A DNA stretch of 59,322 nucleotides from positions 1 to 59,322 of IMG/VR virus record IMGVR_UViG_3300020045_011589; one strand, written 5' to 3'. The position numbers and the translations under genes are program-made. This stretch comes from a virus. Taxonomy: Duplodnaviria; Caudoviricetes. Under the pieces are notes generated by a model. That model saw only the letters and a list, made by a program, of their open reading frames with translations, did no database searches and was not told the origin of the DNA. This document shows, piece by piece, positions 8,020-18,083 of this stretch. The stretch's first letter is position 1, and each line of letters starts with the position of its first letter.

Positions 8020-10931
8020 TATGTTACCTGCCTTCTAAGTGAAGTATTTTGACCGATACGGCTAAGATTATCTAAAAAGCCTTTAGCGTCACGTTCATTG
8101 CGTACGTTGGGAAAAACATAAGTTGGCTTTTCGATGGTGTAATAGTTGTTAATTGGCTTTGCACTTGATGAGGCACCAGAATAACCACCAGCCATTGCAG
8201 GGGATAATATAGGCTTTGAAACACCTAAATCATCAAACAATGCTTTAAGTCCATGAACCATAGGATTAGATAAGACATATTCATTTCCACGTTCAGCTAG
8301 CTCGTATAAGCCTTGAGTTGTAACCCAACCGCCAGTAGCACGCTTACCTTTTTTCTTGCCCTTTTTTGGCTTACCAGGTTTTGCAGGAGCTTTTCCAGGC
8401 TTTTTAGCCTCTGCTTTATCCTCTAGGCTCATTAACTTTTTAATTTTAGCTGTAGTATCGCCTATGGCAGTAACCAAAGATGATAATGTTCCTGTAAAAT
8501 CCATTCCTTGAAATTGTGTATTTACATCTGACATCAAAGAACCAATATCCCCGGTCGATAATCCTATGGCTGAAAGATTATCGTTAACCGCTTTTTGATA
8601 CTGTTTTTTGGTGATTTTCCCATCAGCAAGTAATTGTTGTTGATGCTGTATTTCAGCTAAAGCAAGTTGCTTTTTATATTCAAATGACTCTCGTTCTAAT
8701 TGTGCTTTTTCTTCATCTAAATAGCGTTGTTTTTCAGCGCTTGCTGATGTATCACCTTCTGCAATTCGCTTATCAAAATCAGCCATAGCTTTTGCTCTAT
8801 CTTCTGCCGCTATTTTTTTCTCAGTAGGAGTTTTATATCGCCCTAGAGCTGTTCCGATTAAATCATTAAACTTACCGAAAATACTTGATAGGTGATCTTG
8901 AAGTCCAGTTATTTTAGCCTTTATGCTATCGACAACTCTACTCATTGAGTCTTTAAATGCCTGAAGGCCGCTATTAAGTTTTTGCCAGTTTTTAATGCTT
9001 GGAGATTTAGCAAAAGCCTCTCTTAAGCGCTTAAGCCTATTTTCAATAGTTATAGTATCTGAATGAACTTTGTTAATAAATGGTGCAAGTGGTGAGGTTG
9101 TAAAGGGATTTTTAGAAATGCCAGCTGCTAAACCTAATACAATATTTTTACCGATACCCTCAAATACTTTAGATGGTGAGCTTATACCAAGTATCTTTTT
9201 AGCCCAGTCTATTACCGATGTAATCCAGCCGCTAATCTTGCCTTTAATCCAACCATCAAAGCTATTAATGCCTTTCCATAATCCTTTGACTAGGTTTACA
9301 CCAACGTCAACAAGACCACCTGCAAGGCTGCCAAGCACTCCAATAAGTCCTTTAAATAGATCAACTGCTGTTTTTTTAATCGTTTCCCAAGCACCCTTCC
9401 AATCACCTGTAATCAATTGCATAACTGTTTTAATTACACCCAGTATGGTATTGACCCCGGTTGAAACAACGCCTTTAATGACATTCCAAACAGTTTTAAT
9501 AACAGCTGAAATAGTAGGCCATACATAGTCGAAAACAGCCTTAACGGCATACATTACTGTTTTAATAGTGTTCTGGATCAATGGCCAATTTGAACGAACC
9601 CAACTAGTTACTTTGCTGAATTGCTGGACAATAAATCGACCTATATCTAAAACAATAGGTTTTATAGTTCCAATTACGGTTCTGACTATTTGAGATATTG
9701 TTGAAAAAGCAGCCTTAAAGCCGCTCATTTTGGAAGCTGTATTTGTGGAGAGATAATCTATTGTTTTACTTACTTCACCAATAGCGGGTTTTACGATATT
9801 TATAACCGCATCTCTTATAGAAGTAAAAGATATGCCTAAATTATCAAGTACTGGCTTAATCTTGCTCCAGTTTTGATATATTATGTAAGCTAGACCACCA
9901 ATAGCAGCTCCAGCAGCTAGAAAAGGTATTAATGGAGCCATAGCAGCCCAAACGCCTGCAGCCATAGCGTACAATGATGGCACTAAGCCGCCCAGGATTG
10001 CCCCAGCAACTATAAATATAGCTGTATCCATTCCAGGTGGAAATAGCTTCATTAAAGCGCCCCCAAGCCCTAGCTTTGAGACATCGGTACTAAAATTAGT
10101 TAAGACTTTTCCAAGCCCTTCAGCTGCACCTTTTAATTTGTCAAAAAATGAACCCTTGATAATATTGCCTTGCTCATCTAATCCGACTAAAGACCTTGCC
10201 ACCTTAGCGACATTATCGCCAACAGTGGACATAAGACCGGAAAAAGTCTTTGATCCTTTTTCCATGCCCTTATAAAACTGACCACCCTTTGATGTAGCGT
10301 CTTTAAACGCCCCAGCAACCTCATCGGCTGATATACCGCCGGCTTCCATTCTCTTCTTAAGCTCGCCCATGCTCTCGCCAGTTTTCTTAGAAATATATTG
10401 AAGTGGGTTAAAACCTTGGTTTATCATTTGGAGCAAATCTTGACCCATTAAACGACCGGCTGATTGTGTTTGTGAGAAAGCAAGTGTTAATCCTTGAAGT
10501 TTTTCTTTATTGCCCATTGAAATATCGCCCATCATTTTTAAATAAGGCAATACTTTTTTTTCTGAAACTCCAAAACCAAGCAATGTTTTAGAAGCTTTTG
10601 CTAAATCCTCAGTATCAAACGGCGTTATGTTAGCCATATCTGAAAGTTGTTTAAATAACTTTTGACCTTTAGTGGCAGAACCAAGCATTACATCAAAGCT
10701 CATTCTCAAATCTTCCATACTGGCTGCTGATTTAACTCCATAGGCACCAAAGGCAAGTACTCCGGCAGCTACAGCGGCTAGACCACCAAGCAAAGCATAA
10801 GAGCCTGCCTCAGCCGCTTGCATTCTCTTTGAAAAACCACCAAGGGCTTTTTCAGAACCGGCCAAGCCAGATGTGAATCCACTATTGTCTAAGCCTAAAA
10901 CAGCCGTTAAAGTTCCTACGTTTACGCTCAA
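8019..10931 (-). CDS. Tape measure protein
   Basis: 970 aa; ANITPF, GRLMGQDLLQM tape-measure domain; LGISSPSKVF; periodic W/F repeats. Confidence 0.95.
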   Translation of the reverse strand: MSVNVGTLTAVLGLDNSGFTSGLAGSEKALGGFSKRMQAAEAGSYALLGGLAAVAAGVLAFGAYGVKSAASMEDLRMSFDVMLGSATKGQKLFKQLSDMANITPFDTEDLAKASKTLLGFGVSEKKVLPYLKMMGDISMGNKEKLQGLTLAFSQTQSAGRLMGQDLLQMINQGFNPLQYISKKTGESMGELKKRMEAGGISADEVAGAFKDATSKGGQFYKGMEKGSKTFSGLMSTVGDNVAKVARSLVGLDEQGNIIKGSFFDKLKGAAEGLGKVLTNFSTDVSKLGLGGALMKLFPPGMDTAIFIVAGAILGGLVPSLYAMAAGVWAAMAPLIPFLAAGAAIGGLAYIIYQNWSKIKPVLDNLGISFTSIRDAVINIVKPAIGEVSKTIDYLSTNTASKMSGFKAAFSTISQIVRTVIGTIKPIVLDIGRFIVQQFSKVTSWVRSNWPLIQNTIKTVMYAVKAVFDYVWPTISAVIKTVWNVIKGVVSTGVNTILGVIKTVMQLITGDWKGAWETIKKTAVDLFKGLIGVLGSLAGGLVDVGVNLVKGLWKGINSFDGWIKGKISGWITSVIDWAKKILGISSPSKVFEGIGKNIVLGLAAGISKNPFTTSPLAPFINKVHSDTITIENRLKRLREAFAKSPSIKNWQKLNSGLQAFKDSMSRVVDSIKAKITGLQDHLSSIFGKFNDLIGTALGRYKTPTEKKIAAEDRAKAMADFDKRIAEGDTSASAEKQRYLDEEKAQLERESFEYKKQLALAEIQHQQQLLADGKITKKQYQKAVNDNLSAIGLSTGDIGSLMSDVNTQFQGMDFTGTLSSLVTAIGDTTAKIKKLMSLEDKAEAKKPGKAPAKPGKPKKGKKKGKRATGGWVTTQGLYELAERGNEYVLSNPMVHGLKALFDDLGVSKPILSPAMAGGYSGASSSAKPINNYYTIEKPTYVFPNVRNERDAKGFLDNLSRIGQNTSLRRQVT

Positions 10932-10957
10932 TGTTTTTACTCCAATAAAAAAAGCCC

Positions 10958-11164
10958 TTATCGGGCCTTAGCTTTTCTTTCTGCTTTTTTTCTAGCGTCC
11001 TCTTCTAGCGCCGCCTTGACGCTCCAATAAAGAGGCCACAACCTAAATTCAAAAGCACTGATTGGTTTTTTTTCGCCAGTTAAAAGCTCGGCAACTGTAC
11101 ACCCTAGACGCTGTGCCAACGCAAAAGCGCAAAACACTTCCCCGTCTAGGGCTAGGATTTTTTT
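10958..11164 (-). CDS. Tail assembly chaperone, -1 frameshift extension (gpGT-like)
   Basis: -1 frame from A_AAA_AAA gives ILALDGEVFCAFALAQRLGCTVAELL...ISAFEFRLWPLY. Confidence 0.8.
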   Translation of the reverse strand, partial: KKILALDGEVFCAFALAQRLGCTVAELLTGEKKPISAFEFRLWPLYWSVKAALEEDARKKAERKAKAR

Positions 11165-11487
11165 GCTTGACTAGCGAAACCTTTAGATAGTCCAGAAAGT
11201 TCAGAAATTTTTAGAACAATTGAATCAAAAGTAGTTGCAGGCATTGATTGACTAAGCCTTTCAAGCTCTTCATCGCTTAATTTCGGCTCAATAACTCCAG
11301 CTTTAAATATTGCTAACTCAAGTTTATCACCATCTAATTCACCGTTAATGACTGCATTTTTACGAGCCTGTTGCTGTGCCACTTTTGTTAGCCCTTTGAC
11401 TTTGATAAACCCTTCGCCAATTTGAAATTCAACTTCTTGTACTGCACAATTTGCAAATAAATCCTCTGCGGTTAAAGCTTTCCCCAT
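11152..11487 (-). CDS. Tail assembly chaperone (gpG-like)
   Basis: ATG at 11487 with AAGGGGG RBS; ends at a slippery A7 run; position before the tape measure gene. Confidence 0.85.
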   Translation of the reverse strand: MGKALTAEDLFANCAVQEVEFQIGEGFIKVKGLTKVAQQQARKNAVINGELDGDKLELAIFKAGVIEPKLSDEELERLSQSMPATTFDSIVLKISELSGLSKGFASQAKKS

Positions 11488-11567
11488 AATTTCCCCCTTA
11501 AATAAAAAAGCCACCCGTTATTGAGTGGCTAATTGATTGGTGCGTGTATTTAATTTAATGCTTATAT

Positions 11568-12449
11568 TTATACGTTATTTAATTTTGCAAGCGGGCCTTT
11601 GTGCTTTAATGCTGTCTCATTATAAGCAATCGCTGCTTCTTTTTCCGTCACAAATCTTCCAACCTTTAAACGTTTTTTATTGAATTGGAAATCTACTTGC
11701 CATTTTCCAGATGCTTTATCAAAAGAAACCCCTTTATATTTAGAACTTTTTGTTCTTAGATACAATGGCATTTTCTTTGTTTCATTAATTTCTTGAGGAA
11801 AATTCAAACTAGCGAACTCTCCGTGAAATTGAATAGCAGCACGATCATATGTCAAAGCAGCTTCTTTTTCGGAACAGAAAAGGCCTAATACATAATCAGT
11901 GCCATTGGCACTTATATTAACACGCCATTTTTTCGTTTGAACATGCCATGATACACCTTTATATTTAGATGATGTACCTTTTCTTTTTCGAGTATTAAAA
12001 CGGTTTTGCTGCTCAGTAACTATTCGTAAATTACAACGTCTATTATCCAAACCATTACCGTTAATATGGTCGCCTTGCTGTCTATCATCATGTTTTAATC
12101 CAAGTATAAGGCGATGCATTCTAACTCTTTTGCCATTAATTCTTGAAATAGCATAAAAAGTACAATCGGAATTTTTACCGTGCCAATAATACTTAGAAAT
12201 AAGGTTATAGTTATCAATATCTACCAATGCAAATATTTTGGGATAAGTTTTTGTTCCCAAAGGTATTGCTTTTACCGTTTTGTCATCTAATACAATATTC
12301 TTTGTGTTACTTATTTGTTGTAACAATAATTTCTTGATCCAATGATCTTTCCCTTTATAGTTACAAAAAAGGGAACAAAACTTTCCTTTTTTCTGAATCT
12401 GTTTTTTAGTAAGTGGTTTGCCACATTGCTGGCATGTAGTATACTTCAA
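11568..12449 (-). CDS. Cys-rich N-terminus + HNH + two AP2 domains homing endonuclease
   Basis: TTG start after GGAGG; DHINGNGLDNRRCNL; two SSKYKGVS...EAA..Y AP2 repeats. Confidence 0.9.
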   Translation of the reverse strand: MKYTTCQQCGKPLTKKQIQKKGKFCSLFCNYKGKDHWIKKLLLQQISNTKNIVLDDKTVKAIPLGTKTYPKIFALVDIDNYNLISKYYWHGKNSDCTFYAISRINGKRVRMHRLILGLKHDDRQQGDHINGNGLDNRRCNLRIVTEQQNRFNTRKRKGTSSKYKGVSWHVQTKKWRVNISANGTDYVLGLFCSEKEAALTYDRAAIQFHGEFASLNFPQEINETKKMPLYLRTKSSKYKGVSFDKASGKWQVDFQFNKKRLKVGRFVTEKEAAIAYNETALKHKGPLAKLNNV

Positions 12450-12527
12450 TTTATCATTACCTCCTTGTAGGTAGTGGTCACGCCCTTGGCTGTTATCGCA
12501 GTGCAAGGGCTTTTCACTATTATAACA
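12450..12527 (-). promoter_or_regulatory. Conserved nuclease leader, copy 1
   Basis: TGTTATAAT; 29-nt hairpin 12482-12510; TACCT/AGGTA hairpin over the RBS. Confidence 0.8.
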
Positions 12528-12529
12528 TA

Positions 12530-12955
12530 TTATGAAGATGCAGTGCTTCTGACGACCGATCCTGTTATCTGGATTTCGCCCGAAAATTCCACCGCACCAT
12601 CTACGCTAGTTTTGAAATCATACTTTGTTAAAATACCGTTACCTGAATACCTAATGAAATTAGTATTAGTAGAAGCTGTAGAGCTTGCATAATAACTAAA
12701 TGGTTTGATTTTATTAAAAGCCCCATTTAAATAACCATCACATGTTGGATCAGCAAAACCATCAAAGCTAATCGTCCTATCCCTTAAACCAGGAACGTAA
12801 GTCTTAGCACTTTGTGTGCTATTAAATGTTGTTACATCTATTGAATCACCTGCGTTAGCGTAATCAATACTAGTTAGATACGAGCTGATATTTCTTTTTG
12901 TTGTTGACCCGTCAGCCAACATTAGACCGCCATTGCGACCGCTTGTAAATGCCAT
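12530..12955 (-). CDS. Tail tube protein
   Basis: DVTTF...KTYVPGLRD.TISFDG...YSGNGILT...FSGEIQITG lambda-like tube signature. Confidence 0.85.
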   Translation of the reverse strand: MAFTSGRNGGLMLADGSTTKRNISSYLTSIDYANAGDSIDVTTFNSTQSAKTYVPGLRDRTISFDGFADPTCDGYLNGAFNKIKPFSYYASSTASTNTNFIRYSGNGILTKYDFKTSVDGAVEFSGEIQITGSVVRSTASS

Positions 12956-13033
12956 AATTTGTCTCCTTTTTTGACAATAAAAAATGACCCTCATTATGAA
13001 GATCATCAGTAAAACTGTTTATATGTTTTTAAA

Positions 13034-13741
13034 TTACTTTCTTGAAAAGCCTACGTTTGCCGTTGCGGTTGCCGTAGAGTCACTCATTGTGTACTTAAAC
13101 CTTACGTTTTTCTTGATCGCCGTACTTCCCGTTGCAACTCGCTGCCCACTTTGCGCTGATACGGCACTAAATGTAATCAGTGTCGCCCAAGTGGAACCTG
13201 AGGTGTGCTGAATTACAGCTGTTGCTATATTACCGGCACCTGTATCAGTACGTTGAATATAACCAACCATACCATCAACTGAAGATGTCCCTGCATTAGT
13301 AGCACCATTGCCACTAGAGCTTGAGATTACACCGTTAAACAGTGATACGATCCTATCAGCAGCAACCTTGCTTTGCGCCTCAATTGACATCGATACAACT
13401 TCTTCTAGAGGCGTTTTAATATCATATTTTGTTTCAAGTGCCTGCATACCATAACCAAATGAGCCTGTAGACATTCCTTGTGGCCAGTATGTCCAAACCT
13501 TAGCGGCGGTTGAAGCTAGCGCACTATTTAAAGTGCTATCGATGTTTTGACTATCAAATAAACCATCCCCGGATAAAGAAGCGTCTACTAATCCACCTGC
13601 TATATACTCTTTATTTTCTGATGAATTAAAAACAGTTGCGTCTAGCGCACTACCTGACCTTGCTAAGTCAATACTGCTTAAATAATCCCCCATATCCCTG
13701 CCGTCCATTAAAATTACTGAACTCTTACCTGGAATTGCCAT
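13034..13741 (-). CDS. Tail-tube-like paralog with C-terminal extension
   Basis: LDATVF...KEYIAGGLVDASLSGDG parallels the adjacent tube protein. Confidence 0.7.
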   Translation of the reverse strand: MAIPGKSSVILMDGRDMGDYLSSIDLARSGSALDATVFNSSENKEYIAGGLVDASLSGDGLFDSQNIDSTLNSALASTAAKVWTYWPQGMSTGSFGYGMQALETKYDIKTPLEEVVSMSIEAQSKVAADRIVSLFNGVISSSSGNGATNAGTSSVDGMVGYIQRTDTGAGNIATAVIQHTSGSTWATLITFSAVSAQSGQRVATGSTAIKKNVRFKYTMSDSTATATANVGFSRK

Positions 13742-13758
13742 ATTAAATCACCTCCGAT

Positions 13759-14178
13759 TTATGTTGATAAATTTTTCATTGCTTCTATATTAAATGCCAT
13801 TTGGTGACGTTCATTAGAATCTTGGCCCACGTAGAACGGACTGTTGATCGGCGTTAAAGATAAATAAGTCGTCCCCGTTGCACTACTTGATGGCTTTAAG
13901 ACTACATTTACTTGCCCCATTATTATCTTGTAATGCTTTTCAGATGCATTTCTAGCCGTTTGGTAATCTGTTGAGCGATCTAATATTTGCACTCTTGGAT
14001 TTTCCCAAGCAGGCGTTGATGAACCAAATGTAAAATTTGGCTTACGTCCTGAATATTCTTGTACAAAAGTAGCTGTATCAGGTGTAAGCGGCGATTGAAA
14101 TCCTGCAAATAGATTAGTGCCTAATGTTCTACTTGTGCTATTAGAGTCGATCAGATAGCAAATTTCGTCTAAAATCAT
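13759..14178 (-). CDS. Tail terminator/completion protein
   Basis: PRVQILDR, GQDSNERH; synteny. Confidence 0.7.
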   Translation of the reverse strand: MILDEICYLIDSNSTSRTLGTNLFAGFQSPLTPDTATFVQEYSGRKPNFTFGSSTPAWENPRVQILDRSTDYQTARNASEKHYKIIMGQVNVVLKPSSSATGTTYLSLTPINSPFYVGQDSNERHQMAFNIEAMKNLST

Positions 14179-14579
14179 TACTTACCATACCTTTTTAAAT
14201 GTGCGGCGGCTTTAGCAGATAATCTTTCAGCCATGCCATTAGCAGCATTATTTAACGGCTCTTCTAAATACTTTGCTTGACCTACAGGATGTCTTGCAGT
14301 TAAATTTTCATGAACTATTACAGCATACTTACTCGCAGCTCCACCGTAACCAATTGTAACTGTTACCCCATTGCCTTTTATCTCTGGCAATTCTGCATGG
14401 CCAGAGGTTTTTAATGCAGCAGTATCAACCGGCACATAATTATCTTTGCTATCACTAATTATCTCTTGACCCTCTTGATAAAGTGCGGCCCCTAATGCTT
14501 TAGGTGATTCCCTTTTTATTCTATTCAGTATACGGATCAGCTCTTTATCTCCGGTAATCCTTAGTGTTTTACTAGCCAT
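14178..14579 (-). CDS. HK97 gp10-like neck protein
   Basis: VPVDTAALKTSG, YAVIVHE, GQAKYLEEP. Confidence 0.85.
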   Translation of the reverse strand: MASKTLRITGDKELIRILNRIKRESPKALGAALYQEGQEIISDSKDNYVPVDTAALKTSGHAELPEIKGNGVTVTIGYGGAASKYAVIVHENLTARHPVGQAKYLEEPLNNAANGMAERLSAKAAAHLKRYGK

Positions 14580-14581
14580 GT

Positions 14582-14923
14582 TTACCCCTTTGTAGCCTGA
14601 CCGCCGAAATAAACAACTACATGGTGTTGTCCACCTGTGTCGCTTATTCGCTCAATGTTTAAATTAGGCCCGGCACTTCCATCAGGTAAAGTAAATTTAC
14701 CGTTAATGCTTAGAGCCGCGGTACAGTTTAATAAAGCGCTAACAGTTGATATTTTTTCAGTTCCATCAGCTGCTTTGACTAGTTTTTGTTTATATGTAAT
14801 CCTTGCCGGATAGCTAGAATTAGCAGTTGCATGAGTATGTTTTCCATAAGCGTTTATACTGCCAGTAGCGTTATAAACAACTGTATCAACAAGCATATCG
14901 TCAAAGTCACTTTCAAAAGCCAT
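14582..14923 (-). CDS. Head closure/stopper protein
   Basis: Size and synteny; PARI...LVK..DG.E.IS pattern. Confidence 0.7.
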   Translation of the reverse strand: MAFESDFDDMLVDTVVYNATGSINAYGKHTHATANSSYPARITYKQKLVKAADGTEKISTVSALLNCTAALSINGKFTLPDGSAGPNLNIERISDTGGQHHVVVYFGGQATKG

Positions 14924-14932
14924 TATTATTCC

Positions 14933-15694
14933 TTATACATAAAAAGGTATAGATTTCTGCTTAGTCCCTATTCCTATTGATTGATAATGTAAATCAACAT
15001 AGTGCAAAAATGGAACTTGATTTAAGGTATCTGCTGCATCTGCGGGGTTTCTATAACATCTAACTAAAATTAATCCATCTGGTTCTATATCATCCGTATC
15101 AATTTGAGATGCAGATGGACTTGAAGCAGATAGTTGTACCTCTGATAGTAGATGTTGATATTGAGTTCCTGATGCTGTAGCTGTAATAGTTGTTGCTATA
15201 GATGCCGGAAATGCTGCTTGGTTGTGACCTTTTGCATAACTAACATCAAAACTCCATTTTACATTTCCAGGAATACCGCCTGCACCACCTGTATCAACTA
15301 CATTTTGTGACCAATGAGCGTGCAAATACAAATTACTTCCAGGTAAATAATCATGAGGAATATGAAAAAATAAAAATGCCTCATTCATAATTGCATTACT
15401 AAAGGCAAATGCTTTTATATCTCCCCTAAAAGTTGTTAACGTGGGATCGTTAGCTCCAGGTGATAAAACTAAAACATAACCTAAAATGTCACTCCACGGA
15501 AACGTTGGTGTTGTTGTATCTACCTTAATACCTTTGCCCGATGTTTTGGGAAGTGTAAGAAAGTTAGATACTTTTATATCTGAACTAGCAGAAATTGTAT
15601 TATCCGCATTTATTGTTCCGCTAAAAGTAGAATTTCCTGCTACCTGTATTCCGCCTTTGAAGTAATCATTTCTAAAGTGCTTATCAAATCCCAT
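14933..15694 (-). CDS. Virion accessory protein (N-terminus paralogous to 21269-21886)
   Basis: MGFDKHFRNDYFKGG vs MGYDKDFRNKYVKGG; FHIPHDY beta-sandwich-like C-terminal domain. Confidence 0.6.
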   Translation of the reverse strand: MGFDKHFRNDYFKGGIQVAGNSTFSGTINADNTISASSDIKVSNFLTLPKTSGKGIKVDTTTPTFPWSDILGYVLVLSPGANDPTLTTFRGDIKAFAFSNAIMNEAFLFFHIPHDYLPGSNLYLHAHWSQNVVDTGGAGGIPGNVKWSFDVSYAKGHNQAAFPASIATTITATASGTQYQHLLSEVQLSASSPSASQIDTDDIEPDGLILVRCYRNPADAADTLNQVPFLHYVDLHYQSIGIGTKQKSIPFYV

Positions 15695-15703
15695 GATTAT
15701 ATC

Positions 15704-16129
15704 CTAAGTAGTTGTAAGATTATCGCCAACATAATCAAATTGATCTCTTTCAAAGGATGGGGCAACCCTATCCGTATCAACTTCTTGAGTATTTTTATCT
15801 GATACTGAAATTCCACCAGCATAGACCTGCGGTGTTCCTTTAGTTTTGGCACTTGATGTGTATTTATCAGCTAATTCGCTATAATGTTTAAATTTTTGTG
15901 AGGCGCTTAATTTTAGATCCCCAACACTTTTATCAACTTGTTGAGCATATTTAACGGCTAGGGCTTGACAGGCTACACTAGCAGCACCGAACACGTTAGA
16001 TTCTGAATCGATAAAAAAGTTTATTTCCTCATCTTGAAATTCAGGATTAGACGAGTCAGTATCGTTGATTAATAACCTAACTTGGTTCAAGTCAGTTGAC
16101 AAATCACCACTATTATAAGAAAACATCAA
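15704..16129 (-). CDS. Head-tail adaptor
   Basis: VRLLINDTD...FQDEEI...VGDLK.S pattern. Confidence 0.8.
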   Translation of the reverse strand: MMFSYNSGDLSTDLNQVRLLINDTDSSNPEFQDEEINFFIDSESNVFGAASVACQALAVKYAQQVDKSVGDLKLSASQKFKHYSELADKYTSSAKTKGTPQVYAGGISVSDKNTQEVDTDRVAPSFERDQFDYVGDNLTTT

Positions 16130-16479
16130 TACTCACCCTTCACTGTAAACAATTGTCTGTCTGGTGCAGTTTCAATTTTCCCAGCACTACTTGCAAAAGA
16201 TACTTCTCCGACAAATGTGCCTGAAGATGACCAGTGACTAGTAGACCAGGCAAACAAAACAATTCCACTTGTGGGATATGTAATTTGGCCATTGCTATTT
16301 CCACTAGATGTTACGGTAATTGAGAAGTTATTATATGTACTTCCTAGTTCTCGAACTTTTAGACTTACACTATAATTTGTCAGATTCGGCGTTGTGCTTC
16401 CACTTCCGTCTCTAGAGATAGTATATTGAAGTGAGGGTAAACTGTCATTTTTGGTTATCTCGAAATCCTCTAAACTCAT
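16126..16479 (-). CDS. Virion protein, BppU N-terminal-like
   Basis: IT.ND.LP.L...GIV.FAW...GTF.GEV...ETAP. Confidence 0.55.
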   Translation of the reverse strand: MSLEDFEITKNDSLPSLQYTISRDGSGSTTPNLTNYSVSLKVRELGSTYNNFSITVTSSGNSNGQITYPTSGIVLFAWSTSHWSSSGTFVGEVSFASSAGKIETAPDRQLFTVKGEY

Positions 16480-18083
16480 ATGGATATGCCTCTCTTCGCT
16501 GTAATGAGTTGAATTATTTTTTGTTTTTCAATTAGTGTCAACTGCTTGGTGTTTCCGACAAGAATTAATCCAATTCCTTGTTTAGGCAGTTGCCATGCTG
16601 ACAGAACCCTAGTAACAGCATCTACTAGGGTGCCATCATCGGCAATTCCGATTGACATTATTAGACTTAGAATATCCGAGCTGCTGCCGATATCGCTGAT
16701 CGAAAACTGATTTGTACCTGTCAAAACTTCGGTCCCGGCCCCGCTATCAGCAATATCTTTCGTATTGACGCTGTATGCCGTAATGTCGTCTACCGCTGAG
16801 CCGGTGTCCGAAATACTAGAAGTAACGGATATAGCGAGAACTTCAACACTCGCTATAGTGTCCGATAATAATGGAACTTGGTTTGTTACCGATACTTCGT
16901 CTGTTTCTGGCCGATTTATCGTCCAGACTTCAACCGCTGAGCCGGTGTCTTGAACAGAAGCTTGAGCGCTTATCGAGATGCTGTCCCAATCACGCACTAT
17001 TTCCCAACCTTCACTTGATGTGAGGCTATCTGATATATTTTTTTCCTTTACGTTATAGGCAAGGTCAGCTCCTACTCCCACGTCAGATAGAGTAGTTGCT
17101 GCTGTGATGGCAATACCATCCTGACCCGTTCCTGTCTCAAATGGACTCATTACGACAATAGCGTCAGTGACTACATTTTCCGTATCCGGTAAGCCAAAGT
17201 CTATTAACCCGGACTCAGTTCCGATTGCTATATCAGAGGCACTTGCTGTTGCTGATATATTGATTCCCTCAGCTCCGGCTCCTGAATCTGATGCACTTAC
17301 TGGTGTTGCTGCAACAAAGTCCACAAACTCTAAATATGGTCTCCTGTCTGGCGTGTATCCTGTTTGCTCTGGCCCAAACCAGTGGTGAACATTGGGTGTT
17401 GATGTGTATGAGTTGTATATTTCCGCGTTGGAAACCAGTCCGATAACTGTAAAATCAGCAGGGTCTATGACTATCTTGGCCTCATTTAACGCAGTTGATG
17501 TCCGCATAACATTGTTGGAATTGTCAACCGGAGATATTGTCCCTGCTGAATCAGCAACCGCAAGTTCTGCTCCTGAGCCAAAATTCGTATAATCAAAATC
17601 ACTATGTGGCCCGGCGGTTTCCCCTTCCGTCAGACTACGAGGGGTTGTGAAGGGCGTAAATGCCGGATTCTGCCTAAGTCGCGGGTCGGAGACGGTAACT
17701 TTTACAATATGTGTCGGGTCTCCCGGACTATTAGGGTCTTCGTCTGAGTGCATCATGTTTAGCGTGACGCTATCCCATGTTCCAGCTCCAAGAACACTGG
17801 TATCAAAAGTTAAGATAGACCGCGCCAGTGCCGCAAACGTTCCTGTGTTGTACCAATCTGTAACAACATTACCGCCGTTCTGAGTATTTCCCTCAAAGAA
17901 ACCCATGTCGGACGTAGCGGGATAATCCACAAATGCCCCATCAAACGCCCACGCCGTTGAGTTGTACTCTGTGAAGCTAGACGCCAACCAAAGTTTTGCC
18001 TGGGAGCCTGTTTCGCCGTACAGATGCCATGCATACCCATCACCATATGGGACGATTTCAGCATATACTTTTAAATTCGGCAT
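16476..18083 (-). CDS. Fibre/decoration-like virion protein with D(S/T)GxGxE repeats
   Basis: Acidic, Ser/Thr-rich; about 9 degenerate repeats; visibly GC-richer than its flanks. Confidence 0.6.
   Translation of the reverse strand: MPNLKVYAEIVPYGDGYAWHLYGETGSQAKLWLASSFTEYNSTAWAFDGAFVDYPATSDMGFFEGNTQNGGNVVTDWYNTGTFAALARSILTFDTSVLGAGTWDSVTLNMMHSDEDPNSPGDPTHIVKVTVSDPRLRQNPAFTPFTTPRSLTEGETAGPHSDFDYTNFGSGAELAVADSAGTISPVDNSNNVMRTSTALNEAKIVIDPADFTVIGLVSNAEIYNSYTSTPNVHHWFGPEQTGYTPDRRPYLEFVDFVAATPVSASDSGAGAEGINISATASASDIAIGTESGLIDFGLPDTENVVTDAIVVMSPFETGTGQDGIAITAATTLSDVGVGADLAYNVKEKNISDSLTSSEGWEIVRDWDSISISAQASVQDTGSAVEVWTINRPETDEVSVTNQVPLLSDTIASVEVLAISVTSSISDTGSAVDDITAYSVNTKDIADSGAGTEVLTGTNQFSISDIGSSSDILSLIMSIGIADDGTLVDAVTRVLSAWQLPKQGIGLILVGNTKQLTLIEKQKIIQLITAKRGISI

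Noticed and set aside
12450-12506. N-terminal extension MHCDNSQG of the HNH-AP2 ORF
   Set aside because: It is the conserved leader hairpin; alignment with the two sister genes places the start at TTG 12449
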